Shown: positions 54,332 through 64,000 of the stretch, one piece after another
Numbering within the stretch: position 1 is the first letter of the stretch
Layout of the letters: each line of letters starts with the position of its first letter
DNA from: the human T2T-CHM13v2.0 reference genome, Homo sapiens
Direction: 5' to 3' (one strand)
NCBI RefSeq assembly: GCF_009914755.1
Contig: NC_060937.1
Length of the DNA stretch: 64,000 nt
Notes under the pieces: model-generated
Told to the model about the DNA's origin: nothing
The model's input: only the letters and a program-made list of their open reading frames with translations
Database searches by the model: none
Translations under genes and position numbers: made by a program

Positions 54332-54577
54332 AGACTCACGACTAGTGTCTTGTCTAGACTTAACCTTGTCTAGACTGAAGTCTAGACCTCCTCCTTCTCT
54401 AAAACGCCATGTATAGTTTCTGCAAGTGCCTATCGACATGACAGTTTTGTACATGGATTGGGATTTGTTTAACATAAAATTCTCAGAAAAACCTAGTTAG
54501 AAGTCTAGACATTGTATTATCAGCTTTTAGCATTTTCCACTTCTTTTTTAAACAAAAAATCTTCATCCTGTGAGTCA
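54332..54577. promoter_or_regulatory. Candidate TGF-beta/Smad-responsive enhancer: 4 x GTCTAGAC plus AP-1
   Basis: GTCTAGAC at 54352, 54368, 54380 and 54503; TGAGTCA at 54571; function inferred. Confidence 0.4.
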
Positions 54578-56586
54578 ATACATATTTATGGAATACTATA
54601 AATTCCAGGCACTTTGCTAGGCAATGGAGATACAAAGATAAAGAAGTAACAGCCCTGTCCTAAAGCATATTCAACTGTAATATGCTTGGAAGAGCAGCTA
54701 TTGTAAATCAAAGGATCACAGTACCACTTGGTGAGTGCTCTTCCTTTAGTATGAACCAAACACTTCAAGACAAACATCTATACCCCTGACATTTCAAGCT
54801 TTGGCTTTTATTTTGATCAGTAGCACAAAATACTTATACTCCAGTCACCTTTCTGCTTCTTATTCTTTGCTAAAAATCCAGCTAAGAAAATGAACATTCA
54901 AAGAGAAAATCATGTGACATGTTAACTCGTCATTCTTTTAAATTCCAAAATCTCTATCATTATATCAATTAGAGTATTAGAAAGTCACTTGGAGTTTATT
55001 CCCTTAGACTTCCATGGGAAAACCTTTACAGAACTACAATTCAATTCTTGCCTTTTCTTAAAGGTTGATATAAAAAATAATGATGAACAATTTTTTGTTG
55101 GTGTTATTGAAAGCACAGGTGATTCTAAGTCTACATAACAAGTTGCTTCTTATTTATTCAAGACATATTTATTGGGCATTTATGTGCCAAGAAAGGAAAA
55201 GTTTTTCTTGTCAAGAACTATTAGGCTATCATTTAATAGATGACTCTAATTATATAGGGTATTCCCTCTTTGCTTTTGCTACCAGGAAGCTTAGAATTAT
55301 TTTTGGGGCTCAGTGGAAGTGGTATTTTTAAACTTAATGTTTCTGGTGAAATTCTCTCAACTCCACTCTTTTCATACCCCACCTCAACCTCCACTCTCTT
55401 CCTTGGCTCTATTTTATCCTAATTAATATAATCCTATTTACTTTTACACATTTATATTTAGTGACCTAAACATAGGCAAGGTTATACATAATAAACGGTG
55501 GTGCTGCCACGTAGTACATTTATTCTTTATTAACAGGAGTCCAAGATAGTATTAGAAGTCTTAACAATTACGATAAAATACACCAAGGTTTAAATGAAAT
55601 TAATGTTGTATGTAAACTAGAATCCATGGAATATGCAACCTTTGAAATCCTGAACAATGACGCTATTTTTAAAGGGGTTAGCTGCCTTTCGTTGGTTTTG
55701 TTGTATCATGGGACCAGATGAAGAAGCTTTGCTAAAATGCCACCTGTGTTTGGAAATAGCATGACAAAGGCCAATTGCTTGTGCCACCATCTACGGTCCA
55801 GTAAAAGAAAGTGAGAGATTAGAAACATCTTTGGTTTTGCCAGTTGGATATGATGATAGAATGGGTTACCTAAGTTTCTGTAGCATGTTAAGTTAAAATA
55901 AGACGATGCTAATATTAATGTAAGAGCTTTTAATAAAGGCTATTTATATCCACTTTGCTAGTAAAGAAAGTATGATGACAATTTATTAAAATCTTCATGA
56001 TTTAGAAACAATAGCAATAGGCATACTGAATTGCAGCACATCAGCAAAGAGGGTGACCATTTTAGGAGAAAGAAGAAATATCCTACCTTATAATCATGTA
56101 AACTATGTAGTGTATGTGGATCAGTCACACAGTCATTTCCTTTGGTTATCATAATGTTACGGGGTGGCTAGGGCAAGAATATTATGAAAGATTCTGAGGC
56201 TCAGAGAAGTCAATTTCAATTCTAAACTCTCTGATGTAGCAGTTAAAATAAGTTAGTTTTACTTGCATCATCAAGTATGCAATACTAAAATAATAAAATT
56301 GCTATGAATGCAAACATACTTCAGGAATAGTGACTATATTTGGAGAGGGTAGGAGGAGAATGAGATGGAGAGTTGTTTTATCTATAATATCTCATTTTTT
56401 AAAAAAGTTAAAAAATGTAATAAATATGACAAATGCTGACATTTCTTTAGTCTGGATTATTGTTACATATGTGTCTATTTTCTTGATGTTTGCAATATTT
56501 AATTTCAAATCCTTATATTTTTTATTAAGAATCCTCAGCACTTATAATTGTATAATTTATCCACGGTCACGTTGCTGTAAAGGTTT

Positions 56587-57030
56587 TAATAGTTTGAGTG
56601 GTGTCCCCCTCCCCTGAAAAAAAAAAAGTCTACCAAGAGCCTCAGAATATGGCCTTATTTGGAATAGATGCTTTGCAAATTTTATTAAGGTAAATATCCT
56701 AAGATGAGATCATTCTGGATTAGGGTGGTCCCTAAAATCAATGGTGAATGTCCTTCTAAGAGACAGAAAAGGAGAAGACACAGAGGAGAAAGCCATGTGA
56801 CGATGGAGGCAGAGATTGGAGTGATGTGTCTACAAGCCAAGCAAGGCCTGGGGCCACCAGAAGCTGGAAGAGACAAGGCAGGATTCTTCCCTAGCCTGCA
56901 GAAGGAGCGTGGCCCTGCTGGCACCTGGATTTAGGACTTGGCCTCCAGAACTGTGAGATAATAAAATTCTGTTGTTTTTAGGCTGCCAAATTAGTTCTAG
57001 TTTGTTACAAAAACCCTAGAAAACAAACAC
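56587..57030 (+). mobile_element. MLT1C-like LTR
   Basis: ccttatttggaata...gatgagatcattctggattagggtgg...gaggcagagattggagtgatg...cctccagaactgtgaga. Confidence 0.9.
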
Positions 57031-57958
57031 TTGGAAATCTAAGACCCCAGCTTTATTTCAAGACTCTAGTCCATCCCATGTTAAATTCTAGGGAGATCCC
57101 AGAAAGCCAAAGGAGCAAGGATTCAGGCCTTGCCAGTCTGTCACATCGCAGGTCAGCTGCAGCTACAGGAAACAATGCCTTTCCCAATAGCAATATGGAG
57201 AGACAGTCTCCTGGAAGATGGTGAGAAAAAGAAAGTTCTTTTTCATTTAAAAATTTCAAAAAATGTCCAGACTTCTCAGTTATTTTCCTCTGTCATTCGT
57301 TGGACTGATACTGAAATTGAACTGAAGTTGCCAGGGAATCCTACACTCAAGTGAATTCTGTCGCGGGTGGAGAAGATGAAATATGGGACCCAGGAGGTTT
57401 GTTATGGACCCATTATCAGACTGAACACTAAAGTTAGTATGAGGCCAGTGCTTCAGCTCCAGCCAGTATGAGAAACATGAGAAACAGCTGGAGATAAGGC
57501 AGGAAAATCTGTAGGTCTCTTGGCTTTGTTGAGCCCTCACCTGGTGGAGACAGTACTGGAGTTGGCAGCCTGAGACTCAGCACATCCCCCTCCACACCTC
57601 GCAGCCTGCGGAGCACTGCAGGACAGGAACCATGTGTGTCCCCAGCTGCTTCTGGCTGGGGCTGAGCCTCAGCTGGCACTGGGAGAGGCCTGTCTTATGC
57701 TGCTCCACTTTCTTGGCAGGAAGACCAGAGAAAAACATCAGCTTTGGAACAAGCCGTGCACTGGCATAGTGCAGCTCACTGCGGTGTGAACAAATCATTT
57801 TTCCATCTGTTTGTGAGGCCTGCATGTGTGTTACAGGTTGGTGGGTGTAACCAATCCACCCTTGCTCTTTGGTCTTGGTTCCATGAGTAATTGATGTTTC
57901 TGGGGATGCCTCATGCTGCTCATCAAACCTCTGGTGTTTTATCCAAGTGAGTCAATAT

Positions 57959-58305
57959 TTTTACTTCTTTTTTTCTCTCTCTCTCTCTTTCTTTTCTTTT
58001 CCTTTTCTCTCTCTCTCTGTTTTTCTCTTTCCTTTCTTTCGTGATTCTTCTTTCTCTTTTTTCTCTCTCGTTTTTTTCTCTCTCCCTTTCTCTTTCTTTC
58101 TCTTGCTCCCTCTTTTCTCTCTCTTCCTTTCTCTTCCTCTCCTTCCCTCTCTCTTTCCCTCTCTCCTCCTCTTCCTCTGTTCTCTTCCTTCCCTTTTTCT
58201 TTCCTCTCCTGTTTCCTTGCTTTCCTCCCTCTCTTCTTCCCTCCCTCCTTTCCTGTCTTCCTCATTATTTCTGTTTTCTCCATGTTCTGTTTCTCCTCCT
58301 TTTTC
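57959..58305. repeat. About 345 bp polypyrimidine (CT-rich) low-complexity tract
   Basis: Seen directly; explains the F/S/L-rich and R/K/E-rich ORFs here. Confidence 0.95.
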
Positions 58306-58404
58306 CATGAGTCAGTTAGTGATGGCTCTGAAGTGCGCTTGGGGAGAGAGATTGGGAGGACATAGTTAAGAGGTTCTTAAACCATCATAGATCAATATTC
58401 TTTT

Positions 58405-61400
58405 TTAAAGAGTTCATTTGCTTTTTTAAATTATACTTTAAGTTCTGGGATATATGTGCAGAATGTTCAGGTTTGTTACATAGGTATACACATGCCATGG
58501 TGGTTTGCTGCACCCATCAGCCTGCCATCTATGTTAGGTATTTCTCCTAATGCTATCCCTCCCCTAGGCCCCCACTGGCAGACAGGCCCTGGTATGTGAT
58601 GGTCCCCTCCCTGTGTCTAGGTGTTCTCATTGTTCAACTCCCACTTATGAGTGAGAACACGCGGTGTTTGGTTTTCTCTTCCTGTGTTAGTTTTTTGAGA
58701 TTGATGGTTTCCAGCTTCATCCATGTCCCTGCAAAGGACATGAACTCATCCTTTTTATGGCTGCATAGTATTCCATGGTGTATATGTGCCACATTTTCTT
58801 TATCCAGCCTATCATTGATGGGCATTTGGGTTGTTTCTAGGTCTTTGCTACTGTGAATAGAGCTGCAATAAACATACGAGTGCATGTGTCTTTATAGTAG
58901 AATGATTTATAATCCTTTGGGTATATACCCAATAATGAGATTGCTGGGTCAAATAGTATTTCTGGTTCTAGATCCTTGAGGAATTGCCACACTGTCTTCC
59001 ACAATGGTTGAACTAATTTACACTCCCACTAACATTGTAAAAGTGTTCCTATTTCTCCACATCCTCTCCAGCATCTGTTGTTTCCTGACTTTTTAATGAT
59101 CGCCACTCTAATTGGCATGAGATGGTATCTCATTGTGGTTTTGATTTGCATTTCTCTGATGACCAGTGATGATGAGCTTTTTTTCATATGTTTGTTGGCC
59201 GCATAAATGTCTTCTTTTGAGAAGTGTCTGTTCATATCCTTCCCCCACTTTTTGATGGGGTTGTTTTTTTCTTGTAAATTTGTTTAAGTTCCTTATAGGT
59301 TCTGGACATTAGACATTTGTCAGATGGATGGATTGCAAAAATTTTCTCCCAGAGGAGTGTTTTACTTCTAATTATGTGGTCAATTTTAGAATAAGTGTGA
59401 TGTGGTGCTGAGAAGAATGTATATTCTGTTGATTTGTGGTGGAGAGTTCTGTAGATGTCTATTAGGTCTGCTTGGTCCAGTGCTGAGTTCAAGTCCTGAA
59501 TATCCTTGTTAATTTTCAGTCTCGTTGATCTGTCTAATATTGACAGTGGGATGTTAAAGTCTCCCGCTATTATCATGTGGGAGTCTAAATCTCTTTGTAG
59601 GTGTCTAAGAACTTGCTTTATGAATCTGGATGCTTCTGTATTGGGGACATATATATTTAGGATTGTTAGCTCTTGTTGCGTTCATCCCTTTACCATTTTG
59701 TAATACCCTTCTTTGTCTTTTTTTTATCTTTGTTGGTTTAAAGTCTGTTTTATCAGAGACTAGGATGCAACCACTGCTTTTTTTTTTGTTTTGTTTTTTT
59801 TTGCTTTCCATTTGTTTGGTAAAAATTCCTCCATCCCTTTATTTTGAGCTTACATGCGTCTTTGCACATGAGATGGGTCTCCTGAATACAGCACACCGAT
59901 GGGTCTTGACTCTTTATCGAATTTGCCAGTCTATGTCTTTTAATTGGGGCATTTAGCCCATCTGCATTTAACATTAATATGTTATGTGTGAATTTGATCC
60001 TGTCATTATGATGCCAGCTGGTATTGTGCCTGTTAGTTGATGCAGTTTCTTCATAGTGTTGATGGTCTTTACAATTTGTTATGTTTTTGCAGTGGCTGGT
60101 ACTGGATTTTTCTTTCCATATTTAGTGCTTCCTTCAGGAGCTCTTCTAAGGCAGGCCTGGTGGTCACAAAATCTCTCACCGTTTGTTTGTCCATAAAGGA
60201 TTTTATATCTCCTTTGCTTATGAAGCTTAGTTTGGCTGGATATGTAATTCTGGGTTGAAAATTCTTTTCTTTAAGAATGTTAATATTGTCCCCTGCTCTC
60301 TTCTGGCTTGTAGGGTTTATGCAGAGAGATCCACTGTTAGTCTGATGGGCTTCCCTTTGTGGGTAACCCGACCTTTCTCTCTGGCTGCCGTTAACATTTT
60401 TTTTTCTTCATTTCAACCTTGGTGAATCTGACAATTGTGTGACTTGAGGTTGCTCTTCTCGAGAAGTATCTTTGTGGTGGTCTCTGTATTTCCTGAATTT
60501 GAATATTGGCCTGTCTTGTTAGGTTGGTGAACTTCTCCTGGATAATTTCCTGAAGAGTGTTTTCCAACTTGGTTCCATTGTCCCCATCACTTTCAGGTAC
60601 ACCAATCAAATGTAGGTTTGGTCTTTTCACATAGTCCCATATTTCTTGGAGGTTTTATTCATTCCTTTTCACTATTTTTTCTTTAATCTTGTCTTCATGC
60701 TTTATTTCATTAAGTTGATCTTCAATCTCTGAAATCCTCCTTTTCCGCTTGATCAATTCCCCCACTGATACTTGTGTATGCTTCACCAAGTTTTCATACT
60801 GTGTTTTTCAGCTCCATCAGGTCATTTATGTTCTCCTCTAAACTGGTTATTTTAGTTAGCAATTTGTGTAACCTTTTTTCAAGGTTCTTAGCTTCCTTGC
60901 TTTGGGTTAGAACATGCTACTTTAGCTCAGAAGTGTTTGTTTTTACCCACCTTCTGAAGCCTACTTCTGTCAATTTGTCAAATTCATTCTCCATCCAGTT
61001 TTGTTTCCTTGCTGGTGAGGAGTTGTAATCCTTTGGAGGAGAAGAAGCATTCTGGTTTTTGGAATTTTCAACATTTTTGCTCTGATTTTTCCTCATCTTC
61101 GTGGATTTATCTACCTTTGGTCTTTCATGTTGGTGACCTTCAGATGGGGTTTTTGTGTGGATGTCCTTTTTGTTAATATTGATGCTATTCCTTTCTGTTT
61201 GTTAGTTTTCCTTCTAACAGTCAGGCCCCTCTCCCGCAGATCTGCTGGCGTTTGCTGGAGGTCCACCCCAGACCCTGTTTACCTGGGTATCACCAGCAGA
61301 GCCTGCAGAACAGCAAAGATTGCTGCCTGTTCCTTCCTCTGGAAGCTTCGTCCCAGAGGGGCACCCACCAGATGCCAGCCAGAGCTCTCTGGTATGACGT

Positions 61401-62425
61401 GTCTGTTGGGCCCTGCTGGGAGGTGTCTCACAGTCAAGAGGCACAGGTGTCAGTAACCCACTTGACAAGGCAGTCTGTTTCTTAGCAGAGCTTGAGCACT
61501 GTGTTGAGAGATCTGCTGCTCTCTTCAGAGCTGGCAGTCAGGAATGTTTAAGCCTGCTGTAGCTGCACCCACAGCCGCCCTTTCCCCCGGTGCTGTGTCC
61601 CAGGGAGATGGGAATTCTATCTATAAACCCCTAACTGGGGCTGCTGCCTTTGTTTCAGAGATGCCCTGCCAAGAGAGCAGGAATCTAGAGAGGCAGTCTG
61701 GCTACAGCAGCTTTGTCAGAGTTGAGGTGGCTCCATTCAGTTAGAACTTTCCAGCGGCTTTGTTTACACTGTGAGGGGAAAACCACCTACTCAAACCTCA
61801 GTAATGGCGGATGCCCCTCCCCCTACTAAGCTCTAGTGTCCCAGGTCGACTTCAGCCTGCTGTGCTGGCAGCGAGAATTTCAAGCCAGTGGATCTTAGCT
61901 TGCTGGACTGTGCGCGGGTGGGATCTGCTGAGCTAGGCCACTTGGCTCCCTCGTTTCAGCCCGCTTTCTAGGGGAGTCAACGGTTCTGTTTCGCTGGCAT
62001 TCCAGGCGCCACTGGGGTATTAAAAAAAACTCCTGCAGCTAGCTCAGTGTCTGCCCAAATGACCGCCCAGTTTTGTGCTTAAAACCCAGGGCAGCAGTGG
62101 TGTAGGCACCTGAGGGAATCTCCTAGTCTGAGGGTTGTGAAGACTGTGGGGAAAGCATAGTGTCTCAGCCAGAATGCACCGTTCCTCACACCACAGTCCC
62201 TCACAGCTTCCTTTGGCTAGAGGAGGGAGTTCCCTGACCCCTTGCACTTCCTGGGTGAGGCAACGCCCCACCCTGCTTCAGTTTGCTCTCCGTGGGCTGC
62301 ACCCACTGTCTAACCAGTCCCAGTGAGATGAGCTATGTGCCTCAATTGGAAATGCAGAAATCACTTGCATTCTGCATTGTTCTCGCTGGGAGCTGCAGAC
62401 TGGAGCTGTTCCTATTCGGCTGTCT
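58405..62425 (-). mobile_element. L1PA (L1PA7/8-like) with both ends and a large internal ORF2 deletion
   Basis: 5' end CCGAATAGGAACAGCTCC; ORF1 relic (KRPNLHLIGVPESDG); ORF2 endonuclease relic (GDFNIPLS, YSKIDH); C-terminus and 3'UTR; TSD gat(c/t)aatattctttt (58390-58404 / 62426-62440). Confidence 0.95.
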
Positions 62426-64000
62426 GATTAATATTCTTTTAAAAAATATTAAAAGAGATTCTACCTCTCCTGCAGGCAATGGAAACCGTCATGTGTGGAA
62501 TAAGGCAGTTCAGTTCAAATATGAGGATGTGTCCTGGGGATCTGTACGGTGGACAGCACCATGACAGGCACTCCAGGGGTGAATATCTGTGTCCTCTTCT
62601 GAGCATGCAGAATTATTCCTCCTGACACGTGATCTGCAATAAAGAGAAGGTGGCTTTCAAAATACTTACAGTACTGTTGGGGAGACGGGGAGATTTGTCA
62701 GAGGAAAAATGATAAAACAATGCATGTGGAAAGAATTTAGGGGAGAGGAGCAAATAGCTTGAGTAAAGGTCTGTTTGTGTCACAAAGAGCTCCTGAAACT
62801 GAATCTTGCATATGAATATAATATGGTTAGTTATAAAAGAGAATGAAGAACACACCAGCCCTGGGGAATACAGCATGCAAGGGATATCATATTTGGAGGA
62901 AAATGAGGACTCTGGCTTGGTCATGGCACAGCCTTCTTGGTGGACAATGGCAGGAAATAGTTTGGAAAAGTCAGTTTTAAAGGGTGGTGAAGTTTTGTCA
63001 CTTTTTTGTCTCTGGCTCTATCCTGGGTGGACTAAGAGTCCTGTTCTTTGAGCAAACATGGCTAGAGCTCTGGGATTGCTTGTGACCACCATAGCTCTCT
63101 GCAATGTAGATATGCGCTCTGTCTTGATTGGAATCCTATTCCAATATCTAGTCACAGCTGGATTGCTCAGTAATACTTTTATCTATTTCTCCTGAGTTCT
63201 TGTGGGCTTTTCCATGGCAAGAAACATATTTTGCTCTCAAGTTCCTTCTCGCATTTCAGCACACACCTAGGAAGGAACTCCTTCATTAGCCCACTCCCTG
63301 AAAACAGCACCTCCTACCTCTCCTTTTGCCATGCTCTGGAGAAATACCAATTGTCTTTGCCATACCTAACTTCCATTTTGAAAACCGATCTTGGTTTTTC
63401 TAATTTTTTTCAGAAAAAAGTATCTTTTCCCCATCACCACTATTAAATCTTCCATTCTCCCTTTCAAATGATTTTTACTATAAGCTTGTCAAGGTTTTCC
63501 AAATTGTGAAACAAAACTTGCAAATAAATTCCAAAATCAAACAAAAAATGGCTGTTAGGAAAGGTCATTTTTTGTGCAACATTTCCCCCTAGTATTGTCA
63601 CATTTTACCTTTTCAATGCACAGCCAACATTTTCAAAGCAATTGGCTCTTATTGACTCCAATTAGTTTACTGTTCTGTTTTTTTTTTTCTTTGAATTTAG
63701 CTTCTGCTCTACGGAACAATTGAAATCATCCCCACAAAAGTCACAAAAGGCCTCCTTCTTGAACTGTTGGGCAGGTCCTTTCAGTTCTTCTGTGCTCTCA
63801 CCACAGCATCCGCATGATTAAGCATTCGCTTCTTGACGTACTCCTAGCTCTCTCTCACTTTTCCTCTCTCTGACTCTGACATCAATTATTTGTCTTCATC
63901 TCTGAGTCCTCTTTCCTCTCCCACTTTCCAATTAAGATGAGTTCACTACAGGTTTGCATTTGGGCCCTTTGTGTCCACACTTGCATCCTCCTCTCTTTAG

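Noticed and set aside
54352-54387. Repeated XbaI sites (TCTAGA) as cloning scar or CRISPR-like array
   Set aside because: No vector sequence nearby, and the units are far too short and irregular for a CRISPR array; treated as a genomic micro-duplication.
57939-58369. Longest ORFs in the track (114-140 aa, R/K/E-rich or F/S/L-rich)
   Set aside because: Artefacts of the CT-rich tract, which lacks stop codons.
58596-62564. L1 ORF1/ORF2 as functional coding sequence
   Set aside because: Fragmented by stops and frameshifts, with the RT domain deleted; not an active element.

Overview
Primate (human-like; AluY, THE1 and L1PA present) non-coding genomic DNA, AT-rich, with no CpG island. No protein-coding gene, RNA gene, CRISPR array or prokaryotic-type system is supported. 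Every ORF in the track is either a translation of Alu, L1, MaLR or simple repeats, or a short chance ORF. Much of the window is interspersed repeat: about 13 Alu-family elements, several old L1M and younger L1P copies, MaLR/ERVL LTRs (a complete THE1D provirus and a two-LTR MLT1J provirus), L2, MIR and MER DNA-transposon relics. L1 copies, THE1 elements and most Alus lie on the minus strand, which suggests, but does not prove, a large intron of a plus-strand gene. Best leads: (1) four perfect Smad palindromes (GTCTAGAC) within 160 bp beside an AP-1 site at about 54.3-54.6 kb; (2) a CRE/ETS/CCAAT promoter-like module with a splice donor next to a near-consensus CTCF site at 23.5-24.0 kb; (3) an L1PA with both ends, an in-frame ORF2 deletion and a possible antisense-promoter splice into its flank; (4) several unusual retrotransposition scars. 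Repeat subfamily names come from remembered consensus features, and boundaries of old repeats are approximate; both need RepeatMasker/Dfam confirmation.
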